Assembly (NCBI GenBank): GCA_030390025.1
Contig: CM059432.1
Location: 16,432,001 to 16,496,000, forward strand
Reading direction: 5' to 3'
DNA: 64,000 bases
From: Squalus acanthias
Lineage: Eukaryota
Position numbers and translations under genes: made by a program. This document shows positions 49,601 to 63,039 of the stretch, piece after piece. The notes beneath the pieces were generated by a model. That model was not told the DNA's origin and made no database searches. It was given only the letters and a program-made list of their open reading frames with translations. How positions within the stretch are numbered: position 1 is the first letter of the stretch; each line of letters begins with the position of its first letter.

Positions 49601-51199
49601 TTCTCAGAATGTGGGCATCCCTGGCAAGGCCAGAATTTATTACATCCTAGTTGCCCTGAGAAGGCGGTGGTGGGCCTTCTTCTTGAACTGCTGTAGTCTG
49701 TATTCTTTTTAGTGACTGATATAACTGAGTGGCTTGTTAGGCCACTTCAGAGGGCAACCACGTTGGTGTGGGACTGGAGCACTGCTGCGAGCAACCCAGG
49801 AGAAAAATCACATGGGCTTTACAAAAAATGTTTTCTTTGAACACTTTTATTTATTAGTTGATTGGAGATTGGAAAAAAGGCTGTTTGACAGTCAAGAATC
49901 ATCCAATCAGGTAACGAAGAGTCTGTGTGCCTTCCAATTGGTGGGGGAAGGTGGTACACCGCGAGGATGGACGTTTCAGGTGATCGATGGCAGAAGTGTG
50001 AGGACGGGCGGTTGGAGTCAGGAAGTCACGTGATGAAACCCCCAGAAATATGTCCAACCAGAGTAGGCAACCCTAGTCTCTGTCCTGGTTCATCTAGATA
50101 TACTGGCCCGGAATGTGCGGTTGTAAGGACGCCGAAACTGTCAGCGTTTGCTGTCATTACAACTGTGAAACTGACAGCAACTTCTGCCGTTTGCACATGC
50201 TCAGTTACACGCAGAAATCCAGAAGTTGCTGTCAGTCATTCTCTGCTCCTCCGCAGGGCGCGCTGTTGAACACCCCACAGCTAGTGATCAATTAAAATCA
50301 CTGAACTGATGGGAACTTCAGCTTTTATGCTCTAATATTGCTGTTAAAATCCCCCCAAAAAGTTAAGCCTTGTTCAATGAGGTGTAACTGGATTTTTAAT
50401 GGTGTACTGAGTCATAACTACTGCTGAACAACCGTACTGGCCCTGAAAAACTAATTTTATATTTGTGGAATGATAAAAATTCCATGGTTTTTAATATAAT
50501 AACTTTTTTAAAGTTTGTTTATGATATTTCAGCTTCTACCTTAATCCCATGTGTATGTCCCAATCTTTATTTCGCCTTCTGTAAAATTTATTAAAAGTGA
50601 AGGATAATCAGTGCATTTTACTTCCTGGTTTGCTGTCTGTGAGAATTCTTCAATGTGATTGGCTGCTTAGCCAGTTTGATGACATTACCGTTGCTGGACA
50701 CTGGAGATCCCCTCGACTTGGCGCCAGATTCAAATTAACGCCGGGAGAGGTGAAATCCACGCCACAGAGATCGCTAGATCTTTGTGGGCAGCTTTCTTTG
50801 AGGTCACAAAATCTGGGTCAATATGTTCTGTAACATCACCTAATTAATCAGTACATTGCAACATGGCATTGAATCAGTACCAATAACTTGAAGTGCTCTC
50901 TTAAAGAGAACTATTTATAATAAGCTACTGTACTTTTATCTTTCTCGACCCATATCCATCATATTTTCTGCTTGTCTTCAGAGAATTAAAACAAAAAGTA
51001 ATTCAGTGAAGACAGTGTTGTTAGTTCTGGCATATAATGTCATTCATAATTTTAGGTTAAGCGACAGCAGAGTAAAAATAAATAGAATTTCACATTTCTT
51101 CAACTGACACAGATGTTTCAAATGATCTTTCAAGTCCTTGGACTGCTTATGTTTCTGGTTTGCTTTCCATAAGGCCCCACATTGAAAGCTAGTTGTTGA

Positions 51200-51560
51200 G
51201 GTGTATTTTTAAAATTCTCATCCTTGTTTTCAAATCCCTCCACAACCTCCCTCCTCCCTATCTCTGTAACCTCCTCCAGCACTACTCTGAGATCACTGCG
51301 CTCCTCCAATTCATCGCTCCACCATTGGCGGCCGTGTCTTCAGCTGCTGAGGCCCCAAGCTCCGAAATTCCCTCCCTAAGCTTCTCTACCTCTCTCTCCT
51401 CCTTTAATTTGCTCCTTAAAACCTACCTCTTTGACCAAGCTTTTGGTCACCTGTCCTAATATCTCATGTGGCTTGGTGTCAAATTTTGTCTGATAACATT
51501 CCTGTGAAGCACCTAGGGATGTTTTTACTATGTTAAAGGCACTATATAAATGCAAGTTGT
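51200..51560 (+). mobile_element. L2-type LINE 3' fragment
   Basis: IFKILILVFKSLHNLPPPYLCNLL...LLKTYLF; tail ggcactatataaatgcaagttg. Confidence 0.75.
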
Positions 51561-53019
51561 TTCCCAACACGAAAGGTGTCTAAGCTATGAAATAGGCAAC
51601 AGTATGTGACGCACAAGTATTTGAAAAGGAAAGGTGAGGGGAAAAAAGCAAAGCGGAAATTAAAAAAATAGAAGCATTAGGTGAACCAAAACTTGAGACA
51701 ACAAGTAGTGGGATGGAAGTTTGAGTCCATGATCTCATATTTCTATTCTCAGGCACATCACAATGGGAAGCATTGACTGGGAGTCAGTTACTTTCAATAA
51801 AAGAGAAAGAGGGAAAATCAGACAGGTCCATTCCCAGCCTTTTCTAGCCTATTTCATAGCGAATGGTTACAGTCCCTTTAAGGACCACTCGGCAGAGTTT
51901 GTGTGGCGCATGTTCCATTCACTGGTACATGAAAATTGCGTCAGGGTCTTACTTACGACCCAATTTAAATACTGAAATAAGGCTGCCGCTTGTTTTTGGG
52001 CAGGAACATTTTGCCGCCCACTCGAAAATTGAGTCGGGTAAACCTTGGTTGTCCAATGGGTGAGAGATTTTTAAAAAGAATTTTGTCTGCCGACCGCCCC
52101 GATTTTGAGTGTGAACGGGGCGGTAGGCAGACAAAAATAGCCCAAGAGAGTGAGTACTGGCAGGCTATTCATTCTTGGAGGGCGTCACAGTTGAGCACAA
52201 TCCAGGATTCACCTGAAAACCACACAGCAGGAGTCCGAGCCCCAGCTGATCTTTTGCTTCCCTAGCCCACTGAGGCCAATTATAGTGTCCCCAACTGCTG
52301 GCCTGGCTGAGATCAGCTTACTTAGCACAGACCTGCAATTGAATCTGGGAGCTTATGATCTTTAAGACTTAGTGCTAGACTGGGCATTGCCTTTGCCCAC
52401 TAGATTAATTTGAAGAAACAAACTTGGATGAGCTGTATAGCATGGCATCTTATATAGTATGGTGAAATAGACTATTTTGCAGCCGTTAAGAAATGGCAAA
52501 ACCTGTCTAAGTGATTCTTCAGGATAACATTTTCAAAACAAGATATATTTTGTTCCCTGATGGTGCCTTTAAGTACACTCCACTCATTATATGCTCCATG
52601 GGAACCAAGCAGTTTTGTTTATTTTAAATGAAAGAACCACAGTCCATTTCCCATACAGCTGCACAAAATACAGCATGAAAACTTCAGCAGTCAAGGTTTC
52701 GGTACTTCGGAGAGCCTTCAAAGGATGGTTCAATTCCTTTTCGTTTGTTCCCTTCCTCCACATTGCTTAAAAAAAAAGCATAATTTTTTTATTTGTCTTA
52801 TAACTGAAAGTAACTTCTGGTCATCGCTTTTGACTAGTGGCACAGCTGTGTTACGAAACATTGGACCATAGTTGTTTCCTGTTTGTTGATTTAGGTTTAT
52901 ATTGTTCAGCTTTATGAGAAAGGGTTGGGCTTCAGCATGTGATTTTTGTTCTGAAATGGTCCAAAAGCAAATTTTTATACCTCCGTATCATGTCTAAACA
53001 TCTAAAAGCACACATACAT

Positions 53020-53830
53020 ACAAAGAAGCTCCAACACAGAACTAGGCCCTTTGCCCCAACCACTCTGTGTCAGCATTTACCCTCCATCAAGCAAATCGTC
53101 CTAATCATATTTACCCCTGTGTTTCCATATCAGCTCATCCCTTTTTCCTTCATCCACCTATCCAATCTAACCTTGAATGTTGACATAGTTTCTGTCTCAA
53201 CCACTAACCCTGGAAGTGAAATCCACAGCCTCATAACTCTCTACATCCTGCCCTCTGTTTTAAATCTCTTACATTTAATCAGGTCCTTCGTTGCAGACCC
53301 CTCAACTACTGAAAAGAGATTGCTTCTATCGATCTTGTCCCATCCTTTCATAATTTTAAACACTTCTATCATACTGTCCTGTAATTTGTGTTGTTCGAAC
53401 AGAAAAAAGCCCCAAATGTTCAAGTCTCTCTTCATACTTGTATTTCCTCATACTAGACAGCACCCCAGTGAAGCTGCTTTGTATCCCTCGAAAGCCTCAA
53501 TTTCCTTCTTATAGTGTGGCGCCCAATACGGCACACAGCACTATAACTGAAGTCTTATTATTTTAATATAGGCTCATCATTACCTCTTGGCTATTATATT
53601 CTATACCTCATGATAAAATCTAGAGTTCCATTCATTTTTAATGGCCTTATCAACCTGAGGTGCAGCCTTTAATGTCCTGTGAAAGGATAGGATATCCCCA
53701 AATCCTTTTGCTCTTCCGTAGCATCAAGCCTACTTCCATTCAGGGTATAATTACTGCTATTTTATTTTAACCAAAATGATCACCTCACACTTACTGACAT
53801 TGAATTCCAAGAATTAACCACATCTCCTAT
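53020..53830 (-). mobile_element. Old CR1 3' fragment
   Basis: Minus-strand MIEVFKIMKGWDKID...LFS; heavily decayed. Confidence 0.65.
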
Positions 53831-54207
53831 TTTGGTATCTTCTGCAAATTTCAAGGCCACTCCCTCTAGGTCTTTTCTACCTGTACTCCCAACTTTAAGA
53901 TCTTTGTACCTGCGCCCCTGGATATCTTTCTTCTTCCACTCCATTAAGAGCCAGAAACAGCCAAGAGATGAAGGACCAACAAATCTGTTTTATATTGATT
54001 AAATTGTTGTGGGAAGAATATTGGCTGGGACATGGGGAGAATTTCTGTCTTATCTTCACATAGGACCATGCATCTTGAAATCCATCTGAACTGGCAATCA
54101 GGACCTTCTATTGAAGTCTATCCAAAGGACAGAACCTCTAACAATTCAGCACTCCCTTAGTATTGCATCAGAATGTCAATCTAGATTATGGCCTTTAAGA
54201 AAAACAG

Positions 54208-54365
54208 CAAATGCTAAAGTATCCATCAGCATCTGAAAAGAGAAAAGGGTTAACGTTTTGGATGTAGACCCTTTGTTAGATGAAGGATCTGTACCCAAAA
54301 TGTTAACCTGTTCTTCCTCTTTTCAGACGTATGTGTTGTGTATTTCTAGAACTTCTGTTTTCTCT
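54208..54365. mobile_element. Decayed Penelope-type inverted-repeat element
   Basis: Imperfect arms tctgaaaagagaaaagggttaacgttttggatgtagaccctt / aaggatctgtacccaaaatgttaacc...cttttcaga; related fragment at ~16680-16750. Confidence 0.55.
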
Positions 54366-54929
54366 TAAATTTCAGATCACTGGGCAGAACTACATGGTGT
54401 CATGTAAGGGTGGAGCTTGATACAATAAGTTTGTTCCCAGACTGCCTTTAATCAGCAGTTCAATATAATAACAAAGGGTGACTGAAAGACACCAATAACT
54501 ATTCAGATACCTCCCTTTATAATGTTGAGGAATGATGAAACCATTCAGTACTATATGCTTCCACTTTAATTAAGTAAATCATTAAAATAGTAGCACGTGC
54601 AGCACATCAAAACGACCCAGTCCTTAAGGGGATATCATTACAGAGTTAGTTTGCTGTAAAATGAAATACATGGTTTAAAAAAAGTGAATCTCCCTGATGA
54701 TTCAGTGAGTAGATAATCCAGGATTAGGCTTGGCCTGAAGGTAAAATGGCTCTACAACTGTCAAGGTTCACAAATGAATAATGGCAACATATCAGAGGCC
54801 AACTGGTACCCATGAACCATATACAGTACCAGCAAGCAATCAGCACTTTCAGGAGAGGAGAAAATAATATTGACAAGAAAAAAAGGTAAGTTAATAGTTT
54901 ATGGTACTATACATGGGCAGATAATGTGA

Positions 54930-55530
54930 AGCCACATAAATACTGTGGCAACAAGAGCAGGTCAGAGGCTAGGTATTCTGCAGTGAGTGTCTCACCTCCT
55001 GACTCCCCAAAGCCTTTCCACCATCTACAAGGCACAAGTCAGGAGTGTGATGGAATACTCTCCACTTGCCTGGATGCCAACACTCAAGAAGCTCAACACC
55101 ATCCAGGACAAAGCAGCCCGCTTGATTGGCACCTCATCCACCACCTTAAACATTCACTCCCTCCACCACCGGCGTACCGTGGCTGCAGTGTGTACCATCT
55201 ACAAGATGCACTGCAGCAACTCGCCAAGGCTTCTTCGGCAGCACCTCTCAAACCCGCGATCTCTTCCACCTAGAAGGACGAGGGCAGCAGGCGCATGGGA
55301 ACACCACCACCTCCAAGTCACACACCATCCTGACTTAGAAGTATATCGCCGATCCTTCATCGTCGCTGGGTCAAAATCCTGGAACTCCCTACCTTACCTA
55401 ACAGCACTGTGGGAGTACCTTCACCACACGGACTGCAGCGGTTCAAGGCGGCGGCTCACCACCACCTTCTCAAGGGCAATAAATGCTGGCTTTGCCAGCG
55501 ACGCCCACATCCCATAAACTAATAAAAAAA
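54930..55530 (+). mobile_element. Zenon/Crack-like LINE 3' fragment
   Basis: IYKAQVRSVMEYSPLAW...TIQDKAARLIG; A-rich tail at ~55521-55531. Confidence 0.85.
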
Positions 55531-56160
55531 AGAGCTTCAACCCTTTCACCATGAGGTGCTGGCAAAAATCTGTCCATTTTTTTCATAAGCATATGAGATC
55601 CCTTTATTTTCCCTCCTTTTCACACTATAGAGGCTTTGTTAGGCTATTTGCTTCCAGCAACCAAAAGCACCTAGCTGCTGAACAACTCCCCATGGTTTAG
55701 CTGGGAATTCACTGGAGTTGGAGATTGAAATCAATCTATTCATCTGTTGGCAGTGTCCATTAGCAGGCCAACACAATACTGCCATTGTCCATTTCTGTAG
55801 AAACTGTTATGAACACAGGCACTTAGTAACGATACATATAATTTAAAAATAGGCAGAGAGGTATTTTCATAAATTATATGGCAATCTGGAAGGGCAATTA
55901 CGTGATTCAATTTTCTTCTTCCTGGTGCTCACCTACCGATTGTACAATTCGAGCATTTTCTGTTTTTATTGAAAAACACATAGAATTGTAGTGGTTAGAA
56001 ACCCATCCAGTTCCCTACTACCAGAAGCTTTTATAAGGATTTACCTGTAATCTTGTAAAACAATCAGCTCCTACTCAAACTAATGCCTCAAGTAAAAGAT
56101 GCATATAATTATAATTTTTGACAGGATGGCTCAGGTGCAGGTTTTCATACAAATGCTAAC

Positions 56161-56267
56161 CTTCACTCCTTCATTGTAACTGTCAATTGGACTGTTTAGG
56201 CTGGCAATGCTTCCTCCATGGCTAGGGGCACCAGGTCGAGGTGGCTTCTTTGGTGGTGCTGCATGCT
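56161..56267 (-). CDS. PTK2: PTK2 coding exon (C-terminal proline-rich region)
   Basis: Acceptor ttccaatag; (E)HAAPPKKPPRPGAPSHGGSIASLNSPIDSYNEGVK; donor GTTAGC; 107 nt, phase 1/0. Confidence 0.96.
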
Positions 56268-58072
56268 CTATTGGAAAAAAGAGTAAAATAGAACAAAACT
56301 CTTATTGCATTGATTGTTATGATACTGGCAGCCTGGAAATAGTACATCTCTGCAGGCCGCTGCAATATCAGGCTGCTCGGCCAGCCTCTGGGCCCGAAGG
56401 AGGTTATTTCTTGGGGTGGAATTGCAGCGGCCCAGGCTGGTTTTGTGGAGCCTGGAGGAGCACTCCAGTCTAACTTACCTTTCAGGTCCTCTTTGACCCA
56501 GCCGACAGCTGATACTAGCTGGAGAATGCACGGCACACACACAGCACAAAAATGGCATTGAGGTCCTGTTGACATCATAGAGCCCTGAATTAAATATTTT
56601 AATCAGCTGGGTGTCCTCTTCAGGTGGCTGCTTGGGCTGGCTACTCAGAGGACCCCAGCAAAATGGCGAAGGCCACTGCGATGGTGGCAATGGGGCGATA
56701 AGATGTTACACTCCATCTTCAGGTTGCTACCACCCAGTTTCCATCGGTTGGGAGGCCTGAAAACTCAGCCGTATAAAACTAAGTATTCTACAGATGGTCT
56801 CCCATTATTTCCTTATTTCCCCCTCTCACATAACTCGCTGGACCAAAACAACAGAAAATAAAGTTACTTGCACAGCCACTTTACAACCAGCTGTAAAGAA
56901 GTGCAATATAGACCTTGAGATTCCACCATCGTTCTTCCTTCTGTTCCTGCAGGGATGAACCTGATCTCAAGTAGGCTAGAGTCAACATGTGGCTTGAATG
57001 ACAATATTGAAAGGAAAGTTTAAGATTTCTAGGTCATTGGGAGCTGTTCAAAGCTCTCCACTGACAGACTTTGTTAAGATAGAAAGCTTGGCGTGTGGGG
57101 ATCCTACAAATAAGCAGTTGGAGATTGGAGCACAAACTCACCAAGTCGCCTAGTAATCAACATACCCCTTTTAAGGAGTACAGTTACTTTGGAAATGGTT
57201 TTGAACATTCAGAGTTTCTTCCGTTTGATAGTGAATTCATCTTCAATTTTGAACATTTTCTCCAAGATAGAGAAGCACTTGGGGTTTAGTTACAGGAATG
57301 GCCATAAACCAGTATTACTTTACACCCAGTTAACCTTAGAACAGAGGTGGATGTCTAGCCTTATGAAACCTATGGTTTTAACCAACTGAAAGGTGAAAAA
57401 TAGGGCAATGGTGGCAAAAATGTCCATCATAAACATTTCTTTAAAAAAAAACTTATTTAAAATTAAAATCTCAAGAATACATATCATGTATACATTGTAG
57501 ATTTTGATTACAAAGGTGTATATTGAAATGTTCCAGTTTCTTGGCACGACTGTGCTTTCACAGCAATGCAGGTTCAGTGGTTGTGGCAATTTGCATGTTC
57601 TTGGTCCCTGGATTCAGTTGGGCCTGTGAGTGGCAGAAAGAGTCTTTCCCTCCTAGTAATCATGCTGGACAGGGTCATTGTCCTTCAATGTTTGCATGAC
57701 CCAACCCAAAGGTAACGGTGTATAGTTTAAAGGCCAAAGGTTTAGTTTGTAACCTCACTTTCCTTTTATCTGTGCTATTTCTCTCCCAATACATATGCAA
57801 GTTAAAATCTCCCATTATCATCACATTTGTTTTCTTGCTGTACATAAAAACATTCCTCTATTAAGTATAAAGGTCAGGATGACTACAAAATAATCTCATC
57901 AGTGTTACTCCCTTTCCCGTATTCATTCTATCCAGTGTATCTGCTTGCTGATTACACTCATTTAAATCCCTCTTTTCTATCACCATGATGGTACCCTTTC
58001 CTAAAACTGTTTTTACTCCACTTTCTTATATATTTACTTCCCAATTCTGACTGTAACTGAGTGCCAGTAATT

Positions 58073-58985
58073 AGAATCATAGAATAGTACAGCACAGAAA
58101 GAGGCCAATCGACCCATTGAGTCTGTGGCTGCGCCGGCTCTTTTGAAGAGCAATCCAGTTAGTCCCACTCCCCTGCTCTTTCCCCATATCCCTGCAATTT
58201 TATCTCCTTCAAGTATTTATCCAATTCCCTTTTTAAAGCTACTATTGAATCTGTTTCCACCACCCTATCAAGCAGTGCATTCCAAATCCTAACCACTCGT
58301 TGAGTTAAAAAGTTTTTCTTCATGTCACCTGTTTCTTTTGCCAATCACCTTAAATCTGTGCTCTCTGGTTATCGATCCTTCAGCCATTGGAAACAGTTTC
58401 TCTTTATTTACTCTAGCTAAACCTTACATGATTTTAAACACTGCTATCAAATCTCCTCTTAGCCTTCTCTGCTCTAAGGCGAGCAACCCCCAACTTCTCT
58501 AATCTATCCATGTAACTCTCTGATCCCTGGAACCATTCTAGTAAATCTCTTCTGTACCCTCTCCAAAGCGTTCACATCCTTCCGAAAGTGTGGTACCCAG
58601 AATTGGACAAAATACTCCAGCTGGGGCCGAACTAGCATTTTATTTAGGTTGAGCATAACTTCCTGGCTTTTGTACTCAATGCTTCTAAAGCCCAGGATCC
58701 CATAAGCTTTATTAACCTGTCCTGCTACCTTCAAAGATTTGTGCACAAACACCCCCTCTGTTCTTGCACCCCTTTTAAAATTGTACCATTTAGCTTTTAT
58801 TCTTTCTCCTCATTCTTCCTACCAAAATGTATCATCTCTCACTTTTCTGCATTGAATTTCATCTGCCATGTTTCCACCCATTCAATCAGCCTGTCTATGT
58901 CCTCTTGAAGTCTATTACTATCTTCCTTACTGTTCACTACACTTCCAAGTTTCGTGTCATCTGCAAATTTAAAAATTGTGCCATG
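58073..58985 (-). mobile_element. Degenerate CR1 (RT C-terminal part to 3' tail)
   Basis: LVRPQLEYFVQFWVPH and FLTQRVVRIWNAL...GYGERAGEWD on the minus strand. Confidence 0.88.
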
Positions 58986-59808
58986 CACCCCTATTGCTAC
59001 TACATTATACCTTTCCAGATGGATTTGTGTTTGTAATACTCCTGGTATGAAGACAGTTTATATGTCTGACTGCTTTCCGTGTCTCAGTTCTCCCGCATAT
59101 GCTTAACTTCCGTCAAACCTCCCACCTCGACTACGCTAACTTGGTCCTTCCTCCCTCCGATGCTACTGACATAAAATAATTAATTTGCCTCTCCTTCCTC
59201 GTTTAAACTGCTCAATTTACCCTGTCTGCAAGGACATTGGTACCAATTTAGGCTAGTGGAAGCCCATTTCATCTGAACAGTTTTCTCCTGCCTCAGAACT
59301 TGTCCCAATGACTTACAAATCTTAAACTCTCCTTTGCATATTGTCACTCAAGCCACGCGTTTGACATAGCTAATTGTCTCCTTTACTGGCACTGGAAGTA
59401 ATCCTGCTACTTCCTACGTTAATCGCAACATCTGACTGTTTTCTTTCACTTTAGGAATTTTTCTATCTATTACATCAAGTCTCTTACTCTGACACACCAT
59501 TCGGGACTCCTTGCTGCGGCTATAAATCAGGCTGCTTATATATTTTTTTAAATCACAATTACTACTGAAGATTATCTATGCGTTTGCTCTTTGTGTGCTG
59601 CATCCAAAGGCTGAAAGGGGAAAGTATATATTCACGAAACACCATTCACGCCATAGTAATGCTACCACGAGTTTTATTTTGTTTCTCTGGCAGCAGCACA
59701 AATGTAGGATCTGAAACTGGCCATTAAAATTTCAGGCTAAAATCTATCCCCATTTATTGAGCAAAGAAAATTATGAACTTTGTAGTGAAGGTATACTTCA
59801 ATTCTTAC

Positions 59809-59848
59809 CTTGTTTACCTACAGGTTGATAGATGTGTTGATTGCCAGT
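59809..59848 (-). CDS. PTK2: PTK2 coding exon containing the Y861 equivalent
   Basis: Acceptor ttttctttag; TGNQHIYQPVGKQ plus one base; donor GTAAGA; 40 nt, phase 0/1, in frame with the next exon (G+AG = Glu). Confidence 0.95.
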
Positions 59849-60630
59849 CTAAAGAAAAAGAAAGAGTATGAAAATACAAGCTCTGTCATAACCCAGTCTA
59901 CAAATTTGATTGGCTGCAACTTTACAATGCAATTTAATTTTTGATGTTAGTTTTCTATTGAAGCTCTTGAAAAGCGAGATGGAAAGTTATTCTTGCAGCT
60001 CTCCTGGCAGCAGAAAGCCCAGATACTTTTGTCATTGATTTTTTTTTTCCTCTCTGTTTTGGGTCGCCTACTTGCTTTCCACCTTTGCCACTCTGACCAT
60101 GTAAGTAGTGGATGCCAGAGAATGCTACAATTGGAACCACTTTGTCTCCACTTGGTGCCCCCGCTAGAATACTCCAGGCAACATTTCAGGAATCTTTAAG
60201 TCAAGATCCCATCACTTTCCTGATGTATTGACCTGAAGTGCTCCACCACTACGGATGCCCAGATGACCTTTTCAAGTTTCTTTAAACTATTTTCTGAATT
60301 CTGCAAAATCATAAGCTTAACACTATAGAATACAATAAAAAATAGTACGTGCACATAAATTAAAAAGTAAGTGTCAAAAATTTGGAAACAGTGCATAAAA
60401 TGCTAATGCACAACACTCTCGGGTAACTGGCAAAATCAATTTACAAGACTGATTTGATTTTTCCAGTCAAAACTCAGGACAAACTTCAGTTTAATTCACT
60501 TAGTGCACATGCCAACTTCAAGCAAAGCTCGTAAGTCATACCCTCAACGAAAACAAGTCACACCTTTCACACTATGAATCAGGGCAAGAAAGTCTACTTG
60601 TGCCACAGTTAGTACACTACATAAACTTAC

Positions 60631-60693
60631 TGGATCCAGGACACCTCCATCATCCCGATCAACATTGTTTCTCATGGACCTTGGATCGGGTTT
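60631..60693 (-). CDS. PTK2: PTK2 coding exon (most 5' exon found in this window)
   Basis: Acceptor cttttcag; KPDPRSMRNNVDRDDGGVLDP; donor GTAAGT; 63 nt, same length as and alignable to human KPDVRLSRGSIDREDGSLQGP. Confidence 0.9.
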
Positions 60694-61713
60694 CTGAAAA
60701 GGGAATTAAGAAAAAGGCAGGGATTAAAATATTCAGACAAACTTAGCCCTTTTTTTTTCCTGCAGTACAGATTGCAGTGGGATCAGTTTAGTAAAATCTA
60801 AATGTAAACAATTCAAACTCAAAGTGGTTACTTTACCAATTTTCCAACACATGACCTGAAAACCTCCATTAATATAATATTTGTCTGGGAGCGACACAGC
60901 AGCCTTTTTTCCCCTCGCAGTAGAAATTGCACACACAGGATGAGAATAACATGCATTAATTCCTGTTTCCTGTCAGAGGAAGGCTTACATGTACTTGGCT
61001 ACAGAAATACAGCAAAAACATTCAATTACAACTTAGAGACACTGGACTAAGACCGTTTAAAATTAAACTGACAATTTGTGTTTAATACTCAACAGGCTCT
61101 TGTTTACTTAGGATGATGATGGTGCTTCACTTCATTAGTGCGGGAATGGTAAAGATTAAAACGCAGTGAAAGAAACAGGGACATTTCCAAACTCTAACTT
61201 GTGAACCCTTTTTGTAGTTCTGACATAGTCTGTAATCAATTTGTCCCATGCCTCATCCCCATGGGAATTTCATGTTTGTGATTTATTTATTATTTGCGTC
61301 TCCTTTAAACTCATACTTTAAATATTTGGTTTGTGACGAATGTCTTTATTTGGATCAACCGTTTTCCCTCTCTAACCCAAATATGCTGATATGAATACAG
61401 TTTTAAGAGGGATATAAACTATGTACTTAAAAACAATTTTAAGCAGAAGAAGTCGTCTTTATTCTTGCAACAGCTTGGTCAACAGTACATTGAGATTTGC
61501 TACAGATTGACAAGTTATATTTTTTAAGCCATTTAATCCCGGTTTACACTCCTAACCTTATAACAGTACTGAAGCACTGAAACAGAGACCGTCCCTCTAA
61601 AGAAAGACTTGCATTTACATAGCACCTTTCACGACCACTGGACTTCCCAAAGGGCTTTACAGCCAATGAAGTACTTTTTGAAGTGTAGTCACTGTTGCAA
61701 TATAGGAAACAAT

Positions 61714-62339
61714 GGGGGAGAAATTCAACTTGTTCGCCTGAAGACGTCACTCTGAAGCCTGATCAAAATTGGGCCTTGGGCCTCATTTGAATTAAACAGG
61801 TGAGCTGCGGATGCCATTCGGGTGCCTTGATGCAGCTTGTTGGTTGGTGCGTGACCAATTCTGTCCGGCTCCAACTCTGAGTAGGTCCTGGGGAAGGGGT
61901 CGGGGGAAAGAGAATGGAGGCGAAGTGAAGGGAGGGCCCCGTAGTATGTTTGTGCAGCCAGGGGAAGCACTCCTGCTCCTCTGGGCTCCACAGAAATGAA
62001 ACTATTAAAATGTTTTCTGCACTTTTTTTTTTGAGCAGCTCCAGCGGTCTCTCTTTGTAGCACTGAAAACGTGCTAAAGACCGAAGACGTGGAACAACTG
62101 GGCGGAGCATGCACGGTGCAAGCTCCGCCCCATTTGCAGACCAATTTCGACTGGTGTTCTAGAACCGGCGTTATGTTCCTGATTTGCATATGTCAGGCAC
62201 CTAATGCTTGTTACAGGCGAGCGCCTTGCACACCTACAAGTCGCTGGCTTTGAATTTGGCTATCGGGAGATCAGGCGCAAGAGATCGCAGTTGTTCATAC
62301 TCCCACAAAATGAGCATAATGATGTTAAATTCCTACCCG
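61714..62339. mobile_element. Non-autonomous DNA transposon (Harbinger-like ends)
   Basis: Ends gggggagaaatt / aaattcctaccc; GC/CpG-rich interior; similar GC-rich inserts at ~24670-25190, ~50100-50815 and ~56310-56770. Confidence 0.45.
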
Positions 62340-62755
62340 CTAAATTTCTGTGAGGATGGAGACATAATTCAATTGTTTTACTGAGGATAGGAGTTAAGGT
62401 ACTTTAAGAAAAAAAAAGGGTAATTTTTTTTCCATATTGTTCACATTTATGTTCCTTGAACCTGCATGAAGATGACTGTGTAACGCTGCTTTTACATTGA
62501 ATTTTTGGAGCCTGTGTGACATCCTCTTGGTTGCTGATCCAAAGCAAAAGTGCATTATAAAGCAGGAAACAGGAATGTCTGACTGTATGGAGATGGGTTT
62601 GCAGGAGTAAAGTTGCATATGGGCTACAGTATAAAAGGTGATAACCCTGCCAAAAAATGTAATTCTTTAAGTGAAGCAAACTCGTTCACATTTCTAAATG
62701 ACACACTAGTTAGCTCTTTTAATTCATTAAACTGCGTTAGCTGCCACTGCTATGC

Positions 62756-63008
62756 AGTACTAAGGGAGTGCTGAATTGTCAGAGATGCTGTCGTTTAGAT
62801 GAGATCTTCAACCAAGGCCCTGTCCACCCATTTAGGTGGATTTAAAGAATGCTTGATACTATTTGGAGAGAAGCAGGGAGTTCTCCAAGTGCCATTCATT
62901 CCTCAATCAACGTCACAAAAATAATTTAATTGATCATTCATCTCATTTGCTTTTGGTGGAACCTTAATGTCCACAAATGTCCTGCTGTGTTTGCCTACAT
63001 AACAACAG
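62756..63008 (+). mobile_element. Decayed DeuSINE-like copy
   Basis: agtactaagggagtgctg...tttagatgagatcttcaacc...gaagcagggagttctcc; similar to 13302-13612. Confidence 0.65.
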
Positions 63009-63039
63009 TTCTAAAATAATTAAATATTGCTATCGGGGG

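Noticed and set aside
52939..53514. 191-aa + strand ORF
   Set aside because: Antisense reading of a decayed CR1 3' region.
60196..60300. Possible extra PTK2 exon (acceptor ttttgcag, NSENSLKKLEKV...)
   Set aside because: Hits a stop after 34 codons, has no strong donor and no FAK similarity; the flanking exons already join in frame.
31219..60693. PTK2B (PYK2) as an alternative identity for the kinase gene
   Set aside because: HIYQPVGK, PPKKPPRPG, DKVYENV, the PWR microexon and the C-terminal sequence all match FAK/PTK2.
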